Origin: an uncultured Chloroflexia bacterium
GTDB lineage: Bacteria; Chloroflexota; Limnocylindria; Limnocylindrales; CSP1-4
Assembly (NCBI GenBank): GCA_963795645.1
Contig: CAWCIK010000006.1
Span: forward strand, 1,377,761 to 1,441,760
DNA: 64,000 bases
Direction of reading: 5' to 3'
Shown: piece by piece, positions 8,934 through 17,715 of the stretch
How positions within the stretch are numbered: the stretch's first letter is position 1
Layout of the letters: every line of letters starts with the position of its first letter
Position numbers and translations under genes: made by a program
The notes under the pieces: model-generated
The model's input: the letters and a program-made list of their open reading frames with translations, nothing else
Told to the model about the DNA's origin: nothing
Databases searched by the model: none

Positions 8934-10165
8934 CTTCGCTCTTCGGGCGGCGCGACGGCGCGGAACTCGCGGTACAGCAACAGGTCGTAGACGATCTTCA
9001 GGCCGCCGCCGATCACGAAGGGGAGGGCGGCCATGGCGCTCGCGTAGAGCGGCGCCGCGACGAACTGGGCACTGGCCGCGCCCACGCTCCGGGCAATGCC
9101 CGTGACTCCGGCCGCGGCAGAACGCTCGTCGGGCTCGACCACGGCGAGCGTGTACGACTGGCGCGTGGGCACGTCCATCTGGCTGATCGAGAAGCGGACG
9201 AGCAGGACAAGGACGGCCAGCTCGACCGTGGGCATGAACGGAATCATGATCAGCAGGATGTTCGATGGCAGGTGCGTGAAGACCATCGTCCGGATGAGGC
9301 CTATGCGTGCCGCGATGCGGGCCGCAGCCAGGGCCGACAAGCCGGCCAGGATGTTCGCGAAGAAGAGCACGCCACCGATGAAGGCCGGGTCGGATCCGTA
9401 GCGCACGCTGAACCAGAAGGCGATCAGGCTCTGGATGACAAAGCCGCCGCCAAAGGCGTCCAGCGCGAATAGGGCAGATAGCTTGGCGACCGTCCGCTGC
9501 GACTTGTACAGGCCGAGACGGCGTCGGATCGAGACGTCCGGCGCCGTGGGGACCTCGATCGCAGGTGACACCTGCCAGAAGAGCCCGGCGAGCACGATGC
9601 CCAGCAAGCCGTAGCCGATGATCACGCCGCGATAGGCCGCAGCCGGCTCGAGGCCACCGTTGATCAGCATCTGTGCAATTGCCCCGCCGACGAGCGCGCC
9701 GGTCGCGGTCGCGAACGATCCGACGAGATTGAACCAGCCGAAGACGTGCGTCCGCTGCCGGTCGGAGATGGTCTGTGACAGCGACGCCTGCTCCACGGCC
9801 AGGAACGGACCGACCTCGTTGCCCGATGGGCTGATCACGCCGATCGTCGCGGCGATGGCGAGGACGATGAACAGGTCGTTGACCGCGAACACAACAGCGG
9901 CGAGCAGCATCAGCAGCGCGCCTATGAGCAGCACACGTCGACGGCCGATGCGATCCGCGTGGGTGGTCAGCCATAGAGAGACGACGGCGTCGCCGGCAAG
10001 GGTGAGCGCCAGCAGCAGGCCGATCTGCCCGGCCGGCACGCCGACCGCCACGAGATAGAGCACGAGCACGACAGAGATCAGCCCGTAGCTGAACATGCGC
10101 GTCGCCCGCGTGGCGAAGATCAGCCTGGCGTCGCGCTTCAATATCGAGAGCACTGTCATCGTCAC
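8930..10165 (-). CDS. MFS transporter
   Basis: 411 aa with about 12 predicted TM segments. MFS loop motif LTTHADRIGRRRVLLIG. Confidence 0.85.
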   Translation of the reverse strand: MTMTVLSILKRDARLIFATRATRMFSYGLISVVLVLYLVAVGVPAGQIGLLLALTLAGDAVVSLWLTTHADRIGRRRVLLIGALLMLLAAVVFAVNDLFIVLAIAATIGVISPSGNEVGPFLAVEQASLSQTISDRQRTHVFGWFNLVGSFATATGALVGGAIAQMLINGGLEPAAAYRGVIIGYGLLGIVLAGLFWQVSPAIEVPTAPDVSIRRRLGLYKSQRTVAKLSALFALDAFGGGFVIQSLIAFWFSVRYGSDPAFIGGVLFFANILAGLSALAAARIAARIGLIRTMVFTHLPSNILLIMIPFMPTVELAVLVLLVRFSISQMDVPTRQSYTLAVVEPDERSAAAGVTGIARSVGAASAQFVAAPLYASAMAALPFVIGGGLKIVYDLLLYREFRAVAPPEERS

Positions 10166-10211
10166 GCGATGATCTCAGGACTGAGCCGACCAAGGTGGCA
10201 CACTTGCATCT

Positions 10212-11219
10212 GTGCCCGCCGGAGCTCCCACTTTTCGCACTCGCGTTCTCGTGGCAGTCGCGTGCGCAAGCGCCTGCTCCGCCTTCGTGATCGGCTGCGC
10301 CTCAACTCCACCGCCGCCCAGTGCCGGTGCGGCCACGCCTGCATCTACGTCAGTCGCGACGGCGGACGTCGCGAGCCCCGCGAGCCCGATCGCCTCACTT
10401 CCGTCGACCGCGGCAACTGCATCTCCGGCCACATCCGTCGGTCCGCAGCCAACCGGAGCTGCGGCTGAAGTTGCGCTGCCTGGAACGCTCACGGTGTGCA
10501 CCTCACTCATCGGTGCTCCGGCCACGAGCGTCGACGCGAATGGAGTGCTCGTGGGCTACAACATCGCTTTTGCCAACGAGCTGGCCGCGCGAATCGGGCT
10601 TGAACCGGCCATTGTGCAATCCGATTTCAACGAGCTGCTCGCGATGGTCCAAGCCCATGACTGCGATGCGAGCGTCGCGTCCCAGAACATCACCGCGGAC
10701 CGGAGCTCCCAGATAAGCCTCATCCCGTATACGCAGGCGAAGCAGGGCTTCCCGGTCGTGGTCCAGGTCCGCAACCCTCAGAAGATCAAGAACCTGTTGG
10801 GCCTGTGCGGGCTCGAAGTCTCGGCCGCGACGGGCACCACGAACGTGGACCAGGTCCAGGGCACGGGCGACTTCGTCGATTCCGGCCTCAATGCGGGCTG
10901 CGCAGCCGCCGACAAGGATCAGATCCATCTGCGCACGTACCCGTCCGAACAGGATGCCGTCCAGGCTCTGCTCGACGGTACGGTCGTGGCCTATCTGGGC
11001 AACTCCAATGTCGTCGTCGACTATCCCAATGAGATCGAGACTTCCAGCGCCGAGCTGCCCGGCCTCAGCCAGGGCATCGGCGTGGCCCTCGATCATCCCG
11101 CGCTGAATGCCGGACTCAGGGCGGCGCTAGGTGAGATGATCAGCGACGGCACGTACCTCCAAATTCTGGGCCAGTACCTGCCCAGCCAATCGGTGGACAA
11201 CTTCAGCATCATTCCGTGA
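10212..11219 (+). CDS. Lipoprotein, family-3 (amino-acid/polar solute type) ABC substrate-binding protein
   Basis: Signal peptide plus lipobox (AFVIGCAS) and a Pro/Ala/Ser linker. SBP_bac_3-like core (LTVCTSL...GYNIAFANELAARIGLEPAIVQSDFNELLAMVQAHDCDASVAS...IPYTQA). No cognate permease or ATPase is adjacent. Confidence 0.7.
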   Translation: MPAGAPTFRTRVLVAVACASACSAFVIGCASTPPPPSAGAATPASTSVATADVASPASPIASLPSTAATASPATSVGPQPTGAAAEVALPGTLTVCTSLIGAPATSVDANGVLVGYNIAFANELAARIGLEPAIVQSDFNELLAMVQAHDCDASVASQNITADRSSQISLIPYTQAKQGFPVVVQVRNPQKIKNLLGLCGLEVSAATGTTNVDQVQGTGDFVDSGLNAGCAAADKDQIHLRTYPSEQDAVQALLDGTVVAYLGNSNVVVDYPNEIETSSAELPGLSQGIGVALDHPALNAGLRAALGEMISDGTYLQILGQYLPSQSVDNFSIIP

Positions 11220-11220
11220 C

Positions 11221-12402
11221 GTGATCAAGCCCGAGCCCGTCTGCCTTCTGATCGCCGACATCTCCGGTTACACGGAGTACCTCTCCACGGTCGAGATCGA
11301 CCACGCCCAGGACATCCTCGCGGACCTGATCGGCACGATCGTGACGAGCCTCCGCCCCGGCTTCCGGCTGGCCAAGCTGGAGGGCGACGCGGCGTTCTGC
11401 TTCGTGCCGGCGGACAAGGTCGATGGGTCCATGCTGCTCGACACTATCGAGCGCTGCTACTTCACCTTCCGTCGGCGCCGGCGCGACGTGCGCCAGGCGA
11501 CGAGTTGCGAGTGCAACGCGTGTGTTCGCATCCCCGACCTGAACCTGAAGTTCGTGGCGCACCACGGTGTGATGCTGCGCCAGAAGATGGCCGGCCACGA
11601 AGAGCTCCTGGGCTCGGACGTGATCATCGTCCACCGGATGCTCAAGAACGACATCGTCGACAAGCTCGGGATCAGCGCCTACGCCGCGTTCACCGACAGT
11701 CTGGTCCGGGCCATGGAGGTCGACCCGGCTGCGCTCGAGATGCAACGTCTGGCCGAGACATACGAGCACATCGGGGAAGTCGATATGTGGGTCCACGACC
11801 TCGAGCGCCGCTGGCAGCAGGAAGAGTCAACCAAGCGCGTCTTCGTCGGACCGGCCGACGCGGTCTACGACGCCAGCTTCGAGACCAGTGCGCCGCCGCA
11901 GATTGCGTGGGAGTTCATGACCACGCCGGGCCGGCGACTGCAGTGGCAGGGCCCGAGCGGCGTGACGTCCGTTGACGAGGTGACCAAGCCCGGCGGCCGC
12001 CGTGGAAGTGGATCGGTCAACCACTGCGTTCACGGGGCGGGTGCAACTGTCGAGGAGATCCTCGACTGGCGTCCGTTCGACTATCTGACGCTGCGCAACA
12101 CGCAACCGCCGGCGATGGGCGGCTTCAAGATGTTGATGACCTACGAGCTCGAGCCGACGCCCACGGGCACGATCATCCACGCCCGCGTGGCCCGACCGCG
12201 CAGCGCCAAGGACCTGGCGATCATCGAGCAGTTCGGACCGTACATGTCGGAGCAGCTCGGCCTGGCCATGGACATCCTCGTGCACGAGGTGGCCGACGAG
12301 GTCGAGGCGCTGCCGAGCACGGCCGACGAGCCGGCACTGCCGGAGCCGAAGGCGCGCAACGGCTTCCTCAAGGATCTCCCGCCCATGCACATGCTCGATT
12401 GA
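11221..12402 (+). CDS. DUF2652-like (nucleotide-cyclase-fold) protein with C-terminal SRPBCC/START-like domain
   Basis: 393 aa. N-terminus LLIADISGYTEYL...LAKLEGDAAFCF...KFVAHHG...GSDVIIVHRMLKN matches my recollection of DUF2652. The C-terminal about 150 aa resembles polyketide-cyclase/SRPBCC proteins. Confidence 0.6.
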   Translation: MIKPEPVCLLIADISGYTEYLSTVEIDHAQDILADLIGTIVTSLRPGFRLAKLEGDAAFCFVPADKVDGSMLLDTIERCYFTFRRRRRDVRQATSCECNACVRIPDLNLKFVAHHGVMLRQKMAGHEELLGSDVIIVHRMLKNDIVDKLGISAYAAFTDSLVRAMEVDPAALEMQRLAETYEHIGEVDMWVHDLERRWQQEESTKRVFVGPADAVYDASFETSAPPQIAWEFMTTPGRRLQWQGPSGVTSVDEVTKPGGRRGSGSVNHCVHGAGATVEEILDWRPFDYLTLRNTQPPAMGGFKMLMTYELEPTPTGTIIHARVARPRSAKDLAIIEQFGPYMSEQLGLAMDILVHEVADEVEALPSTADEPALPEPKARNGFLKDLPPMHMLD

Positions 12403-12409
12403 TGGGCAA

Positions 12410-13375
12410 GTGAGCGCACAACCATCGGCGGCGAACGTGCTCACAGTCCTCGGGCCGTTGCCGGCGCAAGAGCTCGGCATTACCGATGCTCACGATCACC
12501 TTGCCCTGCGTTCGCCGGCCCTCGCGGGCCAGGAGTTCGAGGATGTCGACAAGGCGATCGAGGAGGTCCTAGACGCGAAATCGACGGGCCTGGCGTCGAT
12601 CGTCGAGGTGACGCCGATAGGCCTGGGACGCAATCCCGAGCTCATGCGCCGGGTCGTCGACGCGACAGGAGTCAACGTCATAGCCGCGACCGGTTATCAC
12701 CGCGATGCGCACTATCCCGCGGGCCATTGGGTGTACGACGCGAGCGACGAGCTGCTCCGTGATCGGATGGTCACGGACATTGAGCGCGGCATGCATCCTG
12801 CCGATTGGCTCGATCCGCTGCTGCCGCTTGATGCAGCACGCGCCGGCGTGATCAAGATGGGCGCCTCGTATCAGCGAGTGTCAGGGCAGGAACGCCGGCG
12901 CCTGGAGGCCGCCTGCCAGGCCGCGCGGCTGACCGGCGTCGCGATCCTGTGCCACACCGAGGTGGGCACGGCCGGCGAGGAGATCATCGACATCTGCACG
13001 GCCGCCGGTCTGCCGCCCAGCCGCCTGATCCTGGCCCACCCCGATCGCAACCCGGATCCGGAGCTGCACGTCGAGCTGTGCGCCCGGGGCGTGTATCTCG
13101 AGTACGACACGGCCGGCCGGATCAAGTACCGGCCCGACAGCGACCTGCTCAGGCTGATCTCCGAGGTCGTGGGCGCAGGCTACGGGAATCGGATCCTGCT
13201 CGGGCTCGATCTCGGTCGGCGCGACTACTTGCGTGCCTACGACGGTGGGCCGGGGATGCGCTACCTGCTGGGCACCTTCGTCCCTCGGCTCGAGCGTCGC
13301 ATCGGGGCCGAAGCCGTTCGGCGGATCATGGTCGACAACCCAGCGCTGGCATTCGCCCTCGCACCGCCGTCGTGA
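12410..13375 (+). CDS. Phosphotriesterase-related (PTE/PHP family) amidohydrolase-fold protein
   Basis: 321 aa. GITDAHDHL metal motif, IVEVTPIGLGRN, VIAATGYH, ILCHTE, AHPD. Confidence 0.8.
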   Translation: MSAQPSAANVLTVLGPLPAQELGITDAHDHLALRSPALAGQEFEDVDKAIEEVLDAKSTGLASIVEVTPIGLGRNPELMRRVVDATGVNVIAATGYHRDAHYPAGHWVYDASDELLRDRMVTDIERGMHPADWLDPLLPLDAARAGVIKMGASYQRVSGQERRRLEAACQAARLTGVAILCHTEVGTAGEEIIDICTAAGLPPSRLILAHPDRNPDPELHVELCARGVYLEYDTAGRIKYRPDSDLLRLISEVVGAGYGNRILLGLDLGRRDYLRAYDGGPGMRYLLGTFVPRLERRIGAEAVRRIMVDNPALAFALAPPS

Positions 13376-14649
13376 TCGCGGATCGGTACGACGTCATCGT
13401 CGTCGGCTCGGGCTCGGCCGGATCGTCGGCCGCGATCAGTGCCGCACGTGCCGGCGCGCGGACTCTCCTTGCGGACCGCCTCGCGTTCATGGGCGGCACC
13501 TCGACCGCGGTGCTCGACACGTTCTATGCCTTCTACACGCCCGGCGAGCTGCCGCGGCGCGTGGTTGGCGGCATCGGCTGGGAGGTCGTCGAGCGGCTGA
13601 CCGCCGAGGGCGTCGCCTTCGAGCGGCCCAACACCTACGGCGCCGGAACGGGCGTGACGTACGACCAGGAAACACTCAAGGTCACCTGGGAGTCGATGGC
13701 CTCCGAGGCCGGACTGGACCTCCTTCTCCACACGTGGGCCACGGGCGTCCGACTTGATGGTGATCGAATCGACGCGATCCGGATCTGGAACAAGGGCGGC
13801 GAGCGCTGGATCTCCGCGGGCGCAGTTGTCGACGCGTCGGGCGACGCCGACCTGTGTGCCTTTGCCGGCGTCGGCTACGAGGACCTCAGCTCGACGGGCA
13901 AGGTGCAGTCGCTCTCAACGCTGTTCCGCCTCGCCAACGTGGATGTCGAGGTGGCCGCGGAGACGAAGAAGGCCGACATGTGGGCGCTCATGCGCGAGGC
14001 CGCGGCCGACGGCTCGTACCGGCTGCCGAGACTGGAGGGCTCGTGGCACAGGACCCCGTTCGCCGGAGTGGTGATGGTGCACATGACGCGCATCCCCAAC
14101 GTCGACGCCACGGACCCGGTCGCGCTGACCGCGGCAGAGATCGAGGGTCGGCGCCAGGTCCGGGAATACCACCGCTTCCTGCGCGACCGGGTCCCCGGCT
14201 TCGAGAGCTCGGTCGTGGTCGGGACGAGCCCTTCGATCGGTGTGCGCGAGTCGCGCCGCGTGATCGGCGACTACCAGCTGACGCGCGACGACGTGCTGAC
14301 GGCGCGCCGCTTCGACGACGAGATCGCGCTGTGCGGCGCGCCGATCGAGGACCACGGAACGGGCGGCGGCACTGAGTGGCAGTACGTGGCCGGCGGCGCC
14401 GCGTACGGCATCCCTTATCGCTCGTTGCTGCCGCACGGCATCGACGGCCTGCTCGTCGCCGGACGCTGCTTCTCATCGACGCACGACGCTCACGCATCCG
14501 CACGGTCGATGGCCACGTGCATGGCGATGGGCCAGGCGGCGGGCATCGCCGCGGCGCTGGCAGTCAGCGGCAACTGCGTGCCGCGCGATGTCCCAGCCGA
14601 TACATTGCGGGCACGACTGCTGCACACGGGAGCAATCCTCGAGATATGA
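13372..14649 (+). CDS. FAD-dependent oxidoreductase (FAD_oxidored/GIDA-like family)
   Basis: GTG 13372 overlaps the upstream stop (GTGA). YDVIVVGSGSAGSSAAISAARAGARTLLADR dinucleotide fold; C-terminal GRCFSSTHDAHASARSMATCMAMGQAAG. Confidence 0.8.
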   Translation: MIADRYDVIVVGSGSAGSSAAISAARAGARTLLADRLAFMGGTSTAVLDTFYAFYTPGELPRRVVGGIGWEVVERLTAEGVAFERPNTYGAGTGVTYDQETLKVTWESMASEAGLDLLLHTWATGVRLDGDRIDAIRIWNKGGERWISAGAVVDASGDADLCAFAGVGYEDLSSTGKVQSLSTLFRLANVDVEVAAETKKADMWALMREAAADGSYRLPRLEGSWHRTPFAGVVMVHMTRIPNVDATDPVALTAAEIEGRRQVREYHRFLRDRVPGFESSVVVGTSPSIGVRESRRVIGDYQLTRDDVLTARRFDDEIALCGAPIEDHGTGGGTEWQYVAGGAAYGIPYRSLLPHGIDGLLVAGRCFSSTHDAHASARSMATCMAMGQAAGIAAALAVSGNCVPRDVPADTLRARLLHTGAILEI

Positions 14650-15272
14650 CCGAGCTTCGCAACGGACCTGTCGCCGATGCCATCCGTCGCCATCGGCTGG
14701 TGGCCGTGTTGCGCAGGGTCGAGCCACCTGAAGCGCTGTTCGCCCTCGTCGACGAGATCGCCGACGCAGGCGTTCGCATCGTCGAGATCACCTTCGATTC
14801 GCCTTCGGCGGCGGACGATCTGCGCGCACTGCGCACGCGACTCGATGCCCGAGGCGATGGCCCGTTCTTTCTCGGCGCCGGGACCTTGCTCCGTCGCGAG
14901 CAGCTCGATGGGGCAATCGATGCCGGCGCCCAGTTCTGCGTCTCGCCCGTGCTCGAGCTCGACCTGCTCAGGGTCTCGCTCGCGGCGGGAGTGCCGTTCA
15001 CGCCGACGGGAACGACCTCGACAGAGATGAATTCGGCGTGGAACGCGGGCGCCACGTTCGTGAAGCTGTTCCCGGCGAGCGCCGTGGGGCCGCAGTTCAT
15101 ACGCGAGCTGCACGGCCCGCTGCCGGACATCCAGATCATTCCGAGTGGCGGCGTCGACGGCACGAATGCCCGGGCATTCCTGGACGCAGGCGCTGTTGCG
15201 GTCGGACTGTCTGGGGCGATCGTGCGCGCCACGTCCGATGAGCGGCGTGCACTGATCGCATCGCTGACGTGA
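14646..15272 (+). CDS. eda: 2-dehydro-3-deoxyphosphogluconate / 4-hydroxy-2-oxoglutarate aldolase family
   Basis: ATG 14646 overlaps the upstream stop (ATGA). LVAVLRR, VRIVEITF, GAGTLL, FVKLFPA (Schiff-base Lys context), IPSGGV. Confidence 0.8.
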   Translation: MTELRNGPVADAIRRHRLVAVLRRVEPPEALFALVDEIADAGVRIVEITFDSPSAADDLRALRTRLDARGDGPFFLGAGTLLRREQLDGAIDAGAQFCVSPVLELDLLRVSLAAGVPFTPTGTTSTEMNSAWNAGATFVKLFPASAVGPQFIRELHGPLPDIQIIPSGGVDGTNARAFLDAGAVAVGLSGAIVRATSDERRALIASLT

Positions 15273-16069
15273 CGCGCTTCGGGGGTCGGGTGGTCCTCGT
15301 CACCGGCTCCACGGGGATCGCTGCCGCAACGGCCAGAGCCCTGATCGAAGAGGGCGCCAGCGTCTTTGTCACCTCGCGCACCGCGGATCACGTCGACAAC
15401 CTCGTCGAGTCGCTCAAGGTACGTGCCGATGGCGCCGTGGCAGACGTCACGCAGGAGGCCGCGGTCCAGTCCGTCGTGGATGCGTGCGTGGCGAAGTTCG
15501 GCCGCCTCGACGCTGTCTACAACGTGGCCGGCATCAGCGGCCGCCGGTTCGGCGACGGTCCGCTGTCTGAGATGACGCTCGATGGCTGGAACACCGTGCT
15601 CGAAAACAACGTTACCTCGCAGATGCTCGTATGCCGGGCAGCCGTTCGGCAGATGCTCGGCCAGGATCCGGACGGCAACGGCCAGCGCGGCGTCATCCTG
15701 AACATGTCGAGCGTTCTCTCGCGCCACCCCTCACCGGAGTTCTTCTCGACCCACGCGTATGCCGCCTCGAAGGGCGCGATCGAGTCGCTGTCGCTTGCCG
15801 CTGCGGCGTACTACGCGCCCCTCGGCATCCGAGTCAATGTGATCGCACCGGGGCTGGTCGCAACGCCGATGAGCGCGCGGGCCCAGACCGACGAACAGAT
15901 CATGGCCTTCGTCGCGCGCAAGCAGCCACTCGTCGGCGGCCCGCTCACGCCCGAGGACCTGACCGGGACCGCGCTCTACCTGTTGGGCAACGAGTCGCGC
16001 GCGGTGACGGGCCAGGTCATCGACGTCGACGGAGGCTGGGGTCTGAGCCAGGGTCAGGCGGCGTCCTGA
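15269..16069 (+). CDS. Short-chain dehydrogenase/reductase (SDR)
   Basis: VVLVTGSTGIAAATA (TGxxxGxG), NVAG, YAASKGAIESL (YxxxK), IRVNVIAPG. Confidence 0.9.
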   Translation: MTRFGGRVVLVTGSTGIAAATARALIEEGASVFVTSRTADHVDNLVESLKVRADGAVADVTQEAAVQSVVDACVAKFGRLDAVYNVAGISGRRFGDGPLSEMTLDGWNTVLENNVTSQMLVCRAAVRQMLGQDPDGNGQRGVILNMSSVLSRHPSPEFFSTHAYAASKGAIESLSLAAAAYYAPLGIRVNVIAPGLVATPMSARAQTDEQIMAFVARKQPLVGGPLTPEDLTGTALYLLGNESRAVTGQVIDVDGGWGLSQGQAAS

Positions 16070-16625
16070 CGCCAAGATCCCGGACGGCACTCGACGTGCG
16101 TCGAATTGCGTCGCCGAACACGGCCAGCGTCGTCTCTCCCTCGTGAGCGGCTGACGGCCCAAGGACCGCGTCGAAGCCGGCAGCGGCGGCAAGCTCGGCG
16201 AGCGTCTGGCACAGCGCCAGGTCGTCCTTTGTCAGGTCGGCCGTCTCGATGCCGAGCGATCCCAGAAGGTCGGGCGAAGTCAGGTCGAGCAAAACGAGGT
16301 CGAAGTCGACGCGTCCGAGCCGACGTCGGAACTGGGCCGGATCCACGCCATCGGGCAGCGAACGGCCGAACTCGCCCCACACGCCCGCCTCGGTCGAGGA
16401 TCCGTACCAGGTTGGCCGGCCGGCGGCGCGGTGGTAGCGGCCGTCCCGGAAGGGCGGGTGCGGCGTGTCGAGAACGTCCCGGCCGGGCGATCCGTGATGC
16501 CAGACTGCGATCTGTCTACGTTCGGATCGTTGTCGCTCGGAGGCTACGATTCCGGCCCACTTGCTGCGCTGGGCCGGCGGCACCTCAGACGTAGTCGCCG
16601 GCGACGAGCGACTGCGCCGCCGCAC
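16017..16625 (-). CDS. RES-domain toxin (MbcT/ParT-type)
   Basis: DGRYHRAAGRPTWYGSSTEAGVWGEF (R..E..S-type RES core) and LGPSAAHEGETTLAVF. Lies immediately downstream of the Xre/DUF2384-like antitoxin. Start is ATG 16625 or GTG 16583, 1 nt after the antitoxin TGA. The 3' end overlaps the convergent SDR gene by 53 nt. Confidence 0.8.
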   Translation of the reverse strand: MRRRSRSSPATTSEVPPAQRSKWAGIVASERQRSERRQIAVWHHGSPGRDVLDTPHPPFRDGRYHRAAGRPTWYGSSTEAGVWGEFGRSLPDGVDPAQFRRRLGRVDFDLVLLDLTSPDLLGSLGIETADLTKDDLALCQTLAELAAAAGFDAVLGPSAAHEGETTLAVFGDAIRRTSSAVRDLGVRTPPDPGSDPSLRRRR

Positions 16626-16968
16626 GGACGCGATCGCTCTCGCCGAGCGCGATCAGGTCCACCGGCCGCTGGCTGTCGAGAAGCCGGTTGCGCGCGCTCA
16701 GCCATTGGGTCACGCCACGCGCCGTCATCGTCTCGGACAGCACGAGCGAAATCTCCGACAGCTCGCGGATGCGTTCGTCGAAAGCCGGCCGGATAGCGCC
16801 TGTCGTTGCCCAGTTGCGCACGCTGCGATCCGTGGCGCCGGCCGCACTCGCGATCTGCTTCTGGGTGAATCCGACACTCCCAAGGGCGCGGACGACCTCA
16901 TCCGCGGCTACAGCGCGGCGCAGATCGCGAAACGGGTTGTCGATTGATGCGGATCTGGCCTGGACCAC
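16585..16968 (-). CDS. Xre-like antitoxin with C-terminal DUF2384-like domain (MbcA/ParS-type)
   Basis: 127 aa. HTH FTQKQIASAAGATDRSVRNWA, then VTQWLSARNRLLDSQRPVDLI. GTG start with GAGG 5 nt upstream. Confidence 0.8.
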   Translation of the reverse strand: MVQARSASIDNPFRDLRRAVAADEVVRALGSVGFTQKQIASAAGATDRSVRNWATTGAIRPAFDERIRELSEISLVLSETMTARGVTQWLSARNRLLDSQRPVDLIALGESDRVRAAAQSLVAGDYV

Positions 16969-16969
16969 G

Positions 16970-17001
16970 GTTTCCTCTCTAGTTTCCGCTATTGTTTCCG
17001 C
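16970..17001 (-). promoter_or_regulatory. Three phased direct repeats (GCGGAAAC-AATA-GCGGAAAC-TAGA-GAGGAAAC) abutting the antitoxin start; candidate autoregulatory operator
   Basis: GTTTCC on the plus strand at 16970, 16982 and 16994 (exact 12-nt period). The proximal copy doubles as the RBS. Confidence 0.45.
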
Positions 17002-17261
17002 CTACGCTGGCCTCGTCAAGCAACTTCGTCCAATTTCGGCTGGGCCGGCGTTAGCGCCGACGGTGCCGCGAATCGGCGTCCTCATCAGCCATCGCCACGC
17101 TCGGAAAGCCTGGCTGCGGCCACAGGACCGGCTTCAGCAGTCGCGTAACGTCAGTGTGGGCGAAGTTTGAGTCAAATGGACGAATGCGTTGGCGGGTGAC
17201 AGTTGCACACCCATTGATGTTCGTCCCAGGTCGCATCAGGATGGCGATCGGAGGTCTCAAC

Positions 17262-17675
17262 ATGCCAGGGCACGGGCTCGGTGCGATTTTGGCTGTCGCC
17301 CTGCTTGCGGTTGGTCTTGCGGCTTGCGCCACGGCGACGCCTACACCGGTCCCTGTCCCGATCAGTCTCGACAACGGCACGACCATACCCATCACGGTCA
17401 CCGTCAATGGCACGGAGCTCGCGACTGAGCCGGCCGGAGGCGTTGCCCGCTTAGGCTCGGGCGGGCTCCCTGAGCGGCCCTGGACAGTCGAGGCGCGCAC
17501 GCCAACGGGTCGCGTGCTGCTGTCGATCACGGTCGGCCCGCGTGCCGCCCTCTCGGATCAAAGCAGCGTCGGAGACGTCGCGTTTCTCTCGTGCGGCGAA
17601 ATTGCCCTGTGGGCGGGTGGACCGCGGCCCGACGCGCCTCATCCCATGTCGGCATCGCCGATCACGTGCGAGTGA
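17262..17675 (+). CDS. Small hypothetical lipoprotein
   Basis: GGAGG 8 nt upstream of ATG 17262. MPGHGLGAILAVALLAVGLAACAT (lipobox LAAC). 137 aa with no recognisable domain. Confidence 0.6.
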   Translation: MPGHGLGAILAVALLAVGLAACATATPTPVPVPISLDNGTTIPITVTVNGTELATEPAGGVARLGSGGLPERPWTVEARTPTGRVLLSITVGPRAALSDQSSVGDVAFLSCGEIALWAGGPRPDAPHPMSASPITCE

Positions 17676-17715
17676 TGGAGTTCACGCGACGCGGAACTTG
17701 ATAGGAATCCGAGCG

